Below are positions 1 through 6,617 of a stretch of DNA of 38,986 nt, piece by piece; position 1 is the first letter of the stretch, and the number at the start of each line of letters is the position of its first letter. This stretch comes from a virus. Taxonomy: Duplodnaviria; Caudoviricetes. The notes beneath the pieces are model-generated. The model was not told where the DNA came from, ran no database searches, and was given only the letters and a program-made list of their open reading frames with translations. The stretch spans positions 1 to 38,986 of IMG/VR virus record IMGVR_UViG_3300016474_000415. One strand, written 5' to 3'. Both the position numbers and the translations under genes were made by a program.

Positions 1-251
1 TTGGCTGCCGTTGTGCTGTTGGAACTATTGATGCACGCACCAGCGCCTCCGCCTGGACCGCCATTGGCAGATATTCCACCCCCGCCGGACGTTGATACGT
101 TGGGGTGGCTGCCCCCAGCGGCGCCGCCATCTTGCGAGCCATATCCATGGCCAGTGCTTTGAACGCCAGCGCGTGCCCCAAACTCACCAAAACCTTGGCC
201 TCGATAGGTCAACGTGCCGTCGCTCACGCTTGACACCTGAATGCCCCCACC
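1..251. repeat. Terminal direct repeat, left copy (circular assembly overlap)
   Basis: 1-251 matches 38736-38986 (ttggctgccg...atgcccccacc); the tail fibre ORF reads in frame through the junction. Confidence 0.95.
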
Positions 252-1034
252 ATCTCCGCCACGGTTGCTGACCGTTCCACCACCCTCGCCAGCCGCCCCA
301 CCGTAAGCGGTCGCTAGCGCTCCAAAGGTAGACGACCCCCCACTGCCACCGCTGTTTCCGTCTTGGTTGTCGCTTCCTGGCACCGTACCGCCGCTGCCTC
401 CGGCGCCAATGGTCACAGTCACGCTGGCGGCCAAATCACTGGCCTTGAACAGGCGCGTGATCTTGCCGCCGCCGCCGCCACCACCGCCGCCAAAACGGTC
501 TGTGCCGGCGGCGCCACGCCGGCCGGAGCCACCACCACCACCGCCACCCCAAAGCTCCACCATCACCGTGCTCACCCCGGCCGGCTTGGTCCAGGTGCCG
601 CTAGAGCCAAACTCTTGCAGGTCACGGATGATTTGCCAGCTTGCATTGGTGCCGTCCGTGGTGACGTACTTGCCCGCGTTGCCGGTTTGCGTCGGCAGCG
701 CCGATGTAAACGCCGCGGCCGCCACAAATGCGGTGGTGGCCACCTGCGTGGTGTTGGTCCCTGCGGCTGCCGTGGGCGCCGTGGGCGTGCCGGTGAACGC
801 CGGCGAGGCCGTCGGCGCCTTGGCGTTGAGCTGCGTCTGAATGGCCGAGGTCACCCCGCCCACGTAGTTCAGCTCCGCCTGCGTCGGCGTCACCGCCCCC
901 GTCAGGTTGGGAAACGTCGCCTTCACCGTGCTCTTGATCAGGCGCAGGTGGTCGTCGCCCTCGCTCTTGGGATCGGAAGCCGCCGGATACGTGGCGTTCA
1001 ACCCGTTGATGTAGGTTGCGGTTTCAACGGTCAT
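1..1034 (-). CDS. Glycine-rich tail fibre, 5' part (continues across the junction to 38459; about 436 aa)
   Basis: ATG 1034 overlaps the adaptor stop; MTVETATYINGLNATYP..EGDDHLRLIKSTVKATFPN anchor, PAFTGTPTAPT motif, TWTKPAGVSTVMVELWGGGGGGG Gly-rich domain; in frame with ORF 38459..38971; missed by the ORF track. Confidence 0.85.
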   Translation of the reverse strand, partial: MTVETATYINGLNATYPAASDPKSEGDDHLRLIKSTVKATFPNLTGAVTPTQAELNYVGGVTSAIQTQLNAKAPTASPAFTGTPTAPTAAAGTNTTQVATTAFVAAAAFTSALPTQTGNAGKYVTTDGTNASWQIIRDLQEFGSSGTWTKPAGVSTVMVELWGGGGGGGSGRRGAAGTDRFGGGGGGGGGKITRLFKASDLAASVTVTIGAGGSGGTVPGSDNQDGNSGGSGGSSTFGALATAYGGAAGEGGGTVSNRGGDGGGIQVSSVSDGTLTYRGQGFGEFGARAGVQSTGHGYGSQDGGAAGGSHPNVSTSGGGGISANGGPGGGAGACINSSNSTTAA

Positions 1035-1648
1035 AGCGTCCTCACTCTCATGGCCGAGCCGCTGCGCAGCGCCGTGTCATCCGCCTCTTGCAGGCTGCGC
1101 ACATCGGCTTGGTACTTCGCCTCCCAGGTCGGGATGCGCTCGTCGTTGAACAGGTAGCCGCTTGCTTCAGCGAGGGCGGCAAACAGGTAGACGTTCGGGT
1201 GGTTGGTCAGCAGCCAGTTGGTGCTGGCCGTGCTCAGCGCCGCAAAGCGCTGGTAGTAGTCCAGGCTGACCGAATACACCGCGTCGGGGGTGGGCCCAAA
1301 CAGGATCTTGTCGCCCAGCAGGGCGTACACGCGCGGCTGACCCGTGACGTAGGCCTCGGGGTACTTGCGGTCCAGGATCTCGGGCGTCACCACGCTCAGC
1401 GCCCCGGGTGGGGTGGTGTTGCTCAAGGAGAGGTTTTCCGCCTCGAGGAAGTCGCTGGGCAGCGTCACGCCACGGGTGCCGGCCACCGTGCTCAGCGTGG
1501 TGTTCACCACTTGCTTGCGCAGGCGCAGGTCGCGCGCGATGCGGGCCTCGGCCAGCGTGATGAAGTCCGGGATGATGGACGTCAGGTCGCTGCGCTTGAG
1601 CCAGTTGGCAATGGAGGTCTGCAGGTCGGCATACGTGGCGATCGCCAT
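1031..1648 (-). CDS. Head-tail adaptor protein
   Basis: MAIATYADLQTSIANWLKRSDLTSIIPDFITLAEARIARDLR, typical podovirus adaptor; lies between head and tail genes. Confidence 0.75.
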   Translation of the reverse strand: MAIATYADLQTSIANWLKRSDLTSIIPDFITLAEARIARDLRLRKQVVNTTLSTVAGTRGVTLPSDFLEAENLSLSNTTPPGALSVVTPEILDRKYPEAYVTGQPRVYALLGDKILFGPTPDAVYSVSLDYYQRFAALSTASTNWLLTNHPNVYLFAALAEASGYLFNDERIPTWEAKYQADVRSLQEADDTALRSGSAMRVRTL

Positions 1649-1651
1649 GGC

Positions 1652-1960
1652 TTACACCCTGCCCTTCCAAATACGGAAATGCGCCAGCGCGGGGTCGTTC
1701 AACAGGCGCTTCTGGTGCTCCTGGCTGCGCCCCAGCTCCTGCAGCGTGATGCCGTGGGTGTTGAGGTAGCGCTCCACCAGCACCACCGGGATGGAGGCCG
1801 CCAGGCGCATGTCCGACGAGCCGTGCCGGCCCTCGTTGTGCATCGCCTGGGCGCGCTCCACGTAGGGTGTGCAGTCCTGCGTGGTGCCGGTGATCAAGGC
1901 CCCGTCTTGCAGCGCCACGGTGGTCACCACCCCGGGCGCAGCGGTCAGGTCCGTGCGCAT
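1652..1960 (-). CDS. Conserved phage head-module protein (102 aa)
   Basis: ATG 1960 in TGATG overlap; MRLAASIPVVLVERYLN..LLNDPALAHFRIWKGRV. Confidence 0.7.
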   Translation of the reverse strand: MRTDLTAAPGVVTTVALQDGALITGTTQDCTPYVERAQAMHNEGRHGSSDMRLAASIPVVLVERYLNTHGITLQELGRSQEHQKRLLNDPALAHFRIWKGRV

Positions 1961-2274
1961 CAGGAGTTGTCCAGCGGCGAGACGTTGACCAAGCCCGCGG
2001 CCGTGCCCTGGATGTAGGCAATGTGCGTCAGGCCCTTGGGCACGTGCATGATCACCGAGTCGGCGGGCTGCACCAGCACGTCGTTGGTGGTGGCCGTCAC
2101 GGTGGAGTCGCCCACCTTGACGTAGCACTCGTTACGCGCAGCCACCCGGATGTAGTTGGGGGCGCGACCCGAGGAGTCGTTAGGGATGGCGGTGCGCGCC
2201 GAAGCGGCACCCGTGGCCGCGGAAAAGCCGCTGGCCGTGACGCTGATGAAGGCGCCACCAAAGATCTGAGCCAT
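1960..2274 (-). CDS. Putative capsid decoration / minor head protein (104 aa)
   Basis: ATG 2274 after GGAG; beta-rich; visibly similar to the N-terminus of 6618..8144. Confidence 0.6.
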   Translation of the reverse strand: MAQIFGGAFISVTASGFSAATGAASARTAIPNDSSGRAPNYIRVAARNECYVKVGDSTVTATTNDVLVQPADSVIMHVPKGLTHIAYIQGTAAGLVNVSPLDNS

Positions 2275-2306
2275 TAAGATGCTCCGACGTCTCACGACGC
2301 TGGGAG

Positions 2307-2333
2307 AAAAGAAAAGGGGCCCCGAAGGGCCCC
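2307..2333 (-). terminator. Intrinsic terminator after capsid/decoration genes
   Basis: GGGGCCC-TTCG-GGGCCCC followed by TTTTCTTTT on the minus strand. Confidence 0.85.
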
Positions 2334-2355
2334 CACGAACGATGCGCGGTGCGGC

Positions 2356-2784
2356 TTAGGCCGGAGCTAGGTGCACCGTGATCGAGCCCACCGCTGAGGT
2401 CGCGGTGCCTGTCAGGTCGTAGGAGAGCGCGTCCCCTACAGCCAGCAGCAGGTCCGACGCTGTGGTCGACAGCGTCAGCGCCTGGTTGGCGTTGGCGGTG
2501 CCCACCAGGTTGTAGGAGCCTGAGTGCAAGACCGTGCCGCTGGCCGGGGCCGTGGCGGTCGGGGTCTTGCGGATCTGCGCCGTGCACGCGCCGCCCGTGC
2601 CGGCCACATCGACGCGGCCACGGATGGCCTTGACGACGTAGGCGCGGTCAGCGACGAAGAACGTGCAGTCCGGTGTGGAGGCGGTGTAGTTGATGGTGAC
2701 GGGCACAAAGCCCGCCCCACCCGTCGAGGCGTTGCCCACCAGCTCCATGGAGGAGTCGGCGGCTTGTCGAATGTCCACAGACAT
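2356..2784 (-). CDS. Putative head decoration (cement) protein
   Basis: 142 aa Ala/Thr/Gly-rich beta protein right after the capsid gene; SD AAAGGAA. Confidence 0.65.
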   Translation of the reverse strand: MSVDIRQAADSSMELVGNASTGGAGFVPVTINYTASTPDCTFFVADRAYVVKAIRGRVDVAGTGGACTAQIRKTPTATAPASGTVLHSGSYNLVGTANANQALTLSTTASDLLLAVGDALSYDLTGTATSAVGSITVHLAPA

Positions 2785-2842
2785 GATCTGTTCCTTTCAA
2801 GTGAAAGGGGCCAGCGCCTTGTGAGCACCAGCCCCGTCAGGT

Positions 2843-3622
2843 TCAGAGGATGTCGTACACGGCGCCGTGGGCCTTGGGCGCACGGCACTCCAGCGTCCAC
2901 TCCACCACCAGCTCGCGCTGCTCGGCGTCACCCGTCTTGGCCAGCTCGATGGTCTGGAAGGGGCGCAGGTAAGCGATGGCCAGCTTGTCGGACTGCAGCA
3001 CGAAGACATCACGCGCGGCCATGAAGCGGTTCGGTACGCACTGCAGCGTGCCGAAGTCGCTCACGTAGAAGTCCACCGAGCTGTAGAGCTTGGCGTCCTC
3101 GCTCTTGTCGAAGCGGGTCGCGTTGCCGGTAAAGCCGGAGAACGTCTGCTTGGCCGCGGGCGGCAGCATGATCATGTCGGGCTCACCGCCGGCGGTGTAG
3201 ACCTGCTGCAAGACGTCCTTGACCTGCGCCTCGGTGAAAGCGCGCTGCGTGCCGGCGGTGTAGCCGGTGTTGGCGGTGTAGGAAGCCAACGTGCCGCCGT
3301 TGCGGTTGACGTTGTCCACCACCCAACCACGCAGGCCGCGCGACTGCCGCGGCGAGGTCGCCAGCACGTCGAGCTGCGTGGCGCTGCTCTCCATGTCGCG
3401 CTTGATCTCCAGGCTTGCCAGGCTGAGCTGGTAGGCCAGCTCGTCCTTGCGGCCGGCCGGATTCATGGCCTGCTGCGTGCCCGAAACCACCACCTTCTTG
3501 GCGCTGATCTGCGTGCGGTTGGTCAGACGCGCCGTGACCGTGACGGTCTTGGCGGTCAGGTCGTCGCCTTCAGCCTGGGCGTTGTTGGTCACCGCGGCGG
3601 CCAGCTCCTGGGTTTGCCATTC
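2843..3622 (-). CDS. Major capsid protein, exon 2
   Basis: EWQTQELAAA..NRTQISAKKVVVSGTQQA..EIKRDME..YVSDFGTLQCVPNRFM; joins exon 1 to give KATNTLH|EWQTQEL, 307 aa in total. Confidence 0.9.
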   Translation of the reverse strand, partial: EWQTQELAAAVTNNAQAEGDDLTAKTVTVTARLTNRTQISAKKVVVSGTQQAMNPAGRKDELAYQLSLASLEIKRDMESSATQLDVLATSPRQSRGLRGWVVDNVNRNGGTLASYTANTGYTAGTQRAFTEAQVKDVLQQVYTAGGEPDMIMLPPAAKQTFSGFTGNATRFDKSEDAKLYSSVDFYVSDFGTLQCVPNRFMAARDVFVLQSDKLAIAYLRPFQTIELAKTGDAEQRELVVEWTLECRAPKAHGAVYDIL

Positions 3623-4472
3623 CAATCTGTTACTTGATGACCTGCTTGCGCAGGCGGGCAGTCATTTCTGCTGCCTCTGCAACTTTCGCTGCAGTTCGGG
3701 CTATATCATCCGCCGGTTATGCGGCCAAGCATATAGTCTCTGAGGATAGTCTACGGCTGTTCCACTCATCAATACGCGCTTGTTTGCGCTGAATCTTGAA
3801 ATACGCGCCTTCGCGTACCCAAGATTCTATCTTGATGTGAAACCGCATCGGTGTCTTGTAGCCGTCCTTGTAAGGCGGACAAACCGACAGCTTGCCGGTT
3901 TTAATGCCCACAGACTCCACAAGTCGCACGAATTCCGGAACCCAAGATTCGCAGCATTTGAACCCCATGTAGAACGATGTGTCCTTCTGGTGGTTCTTGC
4001 TGACGAACCCTTCGCTGTCCATCAACCCGGCAATAAAAGCCAATTTCTCGGCTTTGGACCATTGCCAAACGTAGGCAGGAATGATCTTCTTGGAGTCGGT
4101 GTCGTCCACCAGCCTCTTGCAAAGATCGGGGTCACCGCAGCGAAGCGAATGATTCGGCTTGCTGCTCTTCTTGACTTCGTGCGTGCAGATGTTCACCGGC
4201 CTGTCAGTCAACTCAGCCAACGCCGTCTTGACGGACTCTGCAAAGTCCGCATCAATGGTGTTGAGTCTGAACACCGGATACCACTGTGTTTGTGGTCCGC
4301 TGTTGTGACTAACCTGCAGGGTGACGCACCCGTCACCTAAGTACACCCCTAGGATGTACGCGTAACTCTTTCCTGCTGATTGTCCAATTTCCATTACTTT
4401 TCCTCTGCGGGGAATGGAACTCTAAGGAGTTTCCAGCATTTAGCTCGGTTTTACCTGCACAAATTATAGGCT
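3623..4472 (-). ncRNA. Group I self-splicing intron (850 nt) in the major capsid gene
   Basis: P1 exon CCUGCAU / intron GUGCAGG with U.G at the 5' splice site; P AAUGCUGGAAA, Q AAUCAGCAGG, R UCAGAGACUAUA, S GAUAUAGCCC; P3 CCGAGC/GCUUGG; P9 with GAAA loop; terminal G at 3623; removal restores the frame. Confidence 0.93.
3717..4394 (-). CDS. Intron-encoded double-motif LAGLIDADG homing endonuclease / possible maturase
   Basis: Motifs YILGVYLGDG and FIAGLMDSEG; lower GC than flanks; lies inside the intron. Confidence 0.88.
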   Translation of the reverse strand: MEIGQSAGKSYAYILGVYLGDGCVTLQVSHNSGPQTQWYPVFRLNTIDADFAESVKTALAELTDRPVNICTHEVKKSSKPNHSLRCGDPDLCKRLVDDTDSKKIIPAYVWQWSKAEKLAFIAGLMDSEGFVSKNHQKDTSFYMGFKCCESWVPEFVRLVESVGIKTGKLSVCPPYKDGYKTPMRFHIKIESWVREGAYFKIQRKQARIDEWNSRRLSSETICLAA

Positions 4473-4616
4473 ATGCAGGGTGTTGGTGGCCTTCGATTTT
4501 GAGGCCATATTCAAAACTGGGGTTTGCGTCGGACTTATCCTATAAATAATGTCCGTAAGATCCTCGCGATTACCAATCGCGGAGGTGGTCAGGAAGGTAT
4601 TGGTTGGTGCAGCCAT
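4473..4616 (-). CDS. Major capsid protein, exon 1 (48 aa)
   Basis: SD AAGGAGG, ATG 4616, MAAPTNTFLTTSAIGNREDLTDIIYRISPTQTPVLNMASKSKATNTLH; the unspliced frame stops two codons into the intron. Confidence 0.9.
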
Positions 4617-4641
4617 TTCGCTGCCTCCTTTCGTGTGAAGT

Positions 4642-5583
4642 TCAGAGGATCGTGGCGAACGCGCGGGCGGCGTCTTCGACCTTGCCCGACTTGTTCAGCT
4701 TCAAGAGCGCCGCAGTGCGTGGCTCGATGCCGGTGTTGCCCCCCATGCCGGGGCGCTCCACCTTGGTGGGCAGCGTGGCCACTTTCTTGGCCGCCGCCGA
4801 TGCCTTGCCGACCATCTGGTCGTACAGCATGGCTTTGCGGGCCAGGATCACCGCGCGCGCGTCGGCGATGTTGTTGATGGCGTCAGGCTCGTAGCCCTGC
4901 TGGGCCAGGTAGTCCCGGATCGCCACCTTCTCGGCCTTGCTCTTGGCTTCATCCCTCCACTCCGGCAGCTTGGCAAGAAGATCCTCCTGCTGCGCCTGCA
5001 AGTGGCGCAGATGCGCCTGTTGAGCCTCGGCCTGCTGAAGAGCGCTGATCCGTTGCTGTTCGGCGTACACCTGACTCAGCTGGGCTTGCCGGGCTTGCGC
5101 CTGGTGCTGCTGTTTCAGGTACTCCACCGGGTCGCTCTGGAGCAACTCTTCCCAGTTGGTCTGTTGCTGCTGCTGCAGCGCGCCTTCCAGTTGCGCCTGC
5201 ATGCGTTGCAGGTTTGCGGCGTAGGCTTGCCGCTCCTGAAGCGCTTGCGACCTTTCAGCCTCGGCAGCTCTGCGCTGCTCGGCGGCTTCCATGGTCTTGC
5301 GCGTGTAGTCCGCCTGGCGCTGGTAGCCGTTCTTCAGCTCGCTCAGCGGAACTTCCACGTCCTTGCCGTCAATCTTGACGGTGACCGTGGGTTCTGCCTC
5401 GGGAGCCTGCGCTTCGGCCTCTGGCGGGGCTTCGGCGGCTGCAGGTTCGGGCGGGGCCGCTTCAGGTTCAGCGGCCGCCTGCTTCTCATCAGGCTCGGGA
5501 GCGGGCTCCAGGGCGGCTGAAAACAGGCTGCTGGCTTGGTTGACGTCAAGCGGACCGTTGGATCCCTCGGAAGGGTTGTCCAT
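4642..5583 (-). CDS. Capsid scaffolding protein
   Basis: Acidic Pro-rich N-terminus, TVKIDGKDVEVPLSELKNGYQRQADYTRKT motif, coiled coil; SD GAGGAG before ATG 5583; directly upstream of the capsid gene. Confidence 0.85.
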   Translation of the reverse strand: MDNPSEGSNGPLDVNQASSLFSAALEPAPEPDEKQAAAEPEAAPPEPAAAEAPPEAEAQAPEAEPTVTVKIDGKDVEVPLSELKNGYQRQADYTRKTMEAAEQRRAAEAERSQALQERQAYAANLQRMQAQLEGALQQQQQTNWEELLQSDPVEYLKQQHQAQARQAQLSQVYAEQQRISALQQAEAQQAHLRHLQAQQEDLLAKLPEWRDEAKSKAEKVAIRDYLAQQGYEPDAINNIADARAVILARKAMLYDQMVGKASAAAKKVATLPTKVERPGMGGNTGIEPRTAALLKLNKSGKVEDAARAFATIL

Positions 5584-5633
5584 GCTTTTCACTCCTCGGG
5601 CGGCGCATCACTGCGTTGACCCATGCAGACAAC

Positions 5634-5657
5634 AAAAAAGCCACCCGCAGGTGGCTC
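5634..5657 (-). terminator. Intrinsic terminator
   Basis: AGCCACC-TGCG-GGTGGCT followed by a T-run on the minus strand. Confidence 0.85.
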
Positions 5658-5688
5658 TTCTAAGAGGGTTGTCCTTCCTCTGAAGACT

Positions 5689-6030
5689 TCAGAACTCGTG
5701 GCGCTGGCCGTGGCTGTCCAGCCAGCCCAAGGGGCCGAGCTGCACCGGCACGTTCCAGTTGCCGTGGATCAGCTCCGCCTCGGGCGCGGGGTGAAACGCC
5801 ACGCGAATCGACCCGCCGTGCGTGTGCTTGATCACGCCACGCGCGAAAGCATCCCAGTCCCCCACTGCTTGGCGCGGTCCATCAGGGTTTGCTGGTGCTG
5901 CAGGTCCACCTGCGCGAGCTTGCCCGTCTCCAGCGTCGAGACCAAGTGCGCACGCACCTTCCTCAACAGGTGCAGGTAGCTCCACAGCTTTTCGCGGCCG
6001 TCCTGGTCTCTTGCGGGGCTGTTCGTCCAT
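5689..6030 (-). CDS. Hypothetical protein with AT-hook-like motif, partly overprinted on 5832..6137
   Basis: MDEQPRKRPGRPRK start; its 3' end fills the gap up to the terminator. Confidence 0.45.
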   Translation of the reverse strand: MDEQPRKRPGRPRKAVELPAPVEEGACALGLDAGDGQARAGGPAAPANPDGPRQAVGDWDAFARGVIKHTHGGSIRVAFHPAPEAELIHGNWNVPVQLGPLGWLDSHGQRHEF

Positions 6031-6137
6031 TGCTCAATCACTTCCTTTTCAATCGCCTCAAACGCTTCGATGAAGGCCTCGTTTTCCAGCACCTCTTTGG
6101 CGCGGGAGCCGGCGTGCAGGCGTTGTTCCAGGGTCAT
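5832..6137 (-). CDS. Conserved small helical head-module protein
   Basis: RAKEVLENEAFIEAFEAIEKEVIEQW..REKLW, typical of the gene between portal and scaffold. Confidence 0.75.
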   Translation of the reverse strand: MTLEQRLHAGSRAKEVLENEAFIEAFEAIEKEVIEQWTNSPARDQDGREKLWSYLHLLRKVRAHLVSTLETGKLAQVDLQHQQTLMDRAKQWGTGMLSRVA

Positions 6138-6541
6138 GCCCAGGCCCTGGACGGGGTTTGCGGATGCACTTGGAAGGCCGCCAACTCAGGCGCTTCGTCC
6201 GTGTGCCGCACGTTCACATGCCAGCCCTCCAGCGGAGCCATCTCAGGCATCTCGCCTTCATCGGTGGTCAGCGTCTTGCCCGTGGGCTTCCAGATCACGC
6301 CGATGACATCGACAGCGGCGTACTTGGGAACCTTGACGGTTTCCACCACATCGCCTTGCACGTTGGTCTGATCGGTGAACAGGATGCTGTCAGCTTCGGC
6401 TTGGTCAGCAAATTTCAGGAAGTAATCTGTGTACATGGTGTCTCCGTAAAACTGTTGTTTGACCCACTCCTGGCCCGCTGCCAGCACCTCTGGTGGCGTT
6501 TCGGATATCAAAGCGTTGAATGGGTCGAAGGGGTCGTTCAT
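6134..6541 (-). CDS. Hypothetical protein, possible chaperone of the upstream fibre (alternative start at 6436)
   Basis: DYFLKFADQAEA..VDVIGVIWKPTG..GWHVNVR..VHPQTPSRAWA; ATGA-coupled start at 6541, GGAG-preceded ATG at 6436. Confidence 0.65.
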   Translation of the reverse strand: MNDPFDPFNALISETPPEVLAAGQEWVKQQFYGDTMYTDYFLKFADQAEADSILFTDQTNVQGDVVETVKVPKYAAVDVIGVIWKPTGKTLTTDEGEMPEMAPLEGWHVNVRHTDEAPELAAFQVHPQTPSRAWA

Positions 6542-6615
6542 TTGCGTTTCCTGATCCACCGCACCAGCGGCATAAACGCCAAGCTGTCTAGGAAGCCTCG
6601 GAGGAAGTGGGTCAT
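6538..6615 (-). CDS. 25-aa basic amphipathic peptide
   Basis: MTHFLRGFLDSLAFMPLVRWIRKRK fits exactly between the upstream stop and an ATGA overlap. Confidence 0.4.
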   Translation of the reverse strand: MTHFLRGFLDSLAFMPLVRWIRKRK

Positions 6616-6617
6616 GA

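Noticed and set aside
1-251. 251-bp terminal repeat as a biological DTR
   Set aside because: It falls mid-gene in the tail fibre and the terminase is PBSX/headful-like, so an assembly overlap of a circularly permuted genome is more likely.
3717-4394. Intein in the capsid protein
   Set aside because: The ORF is not fused to the exons (stops intervene), lacks intein terminal residues, and group I RNA elements explain the insertion.
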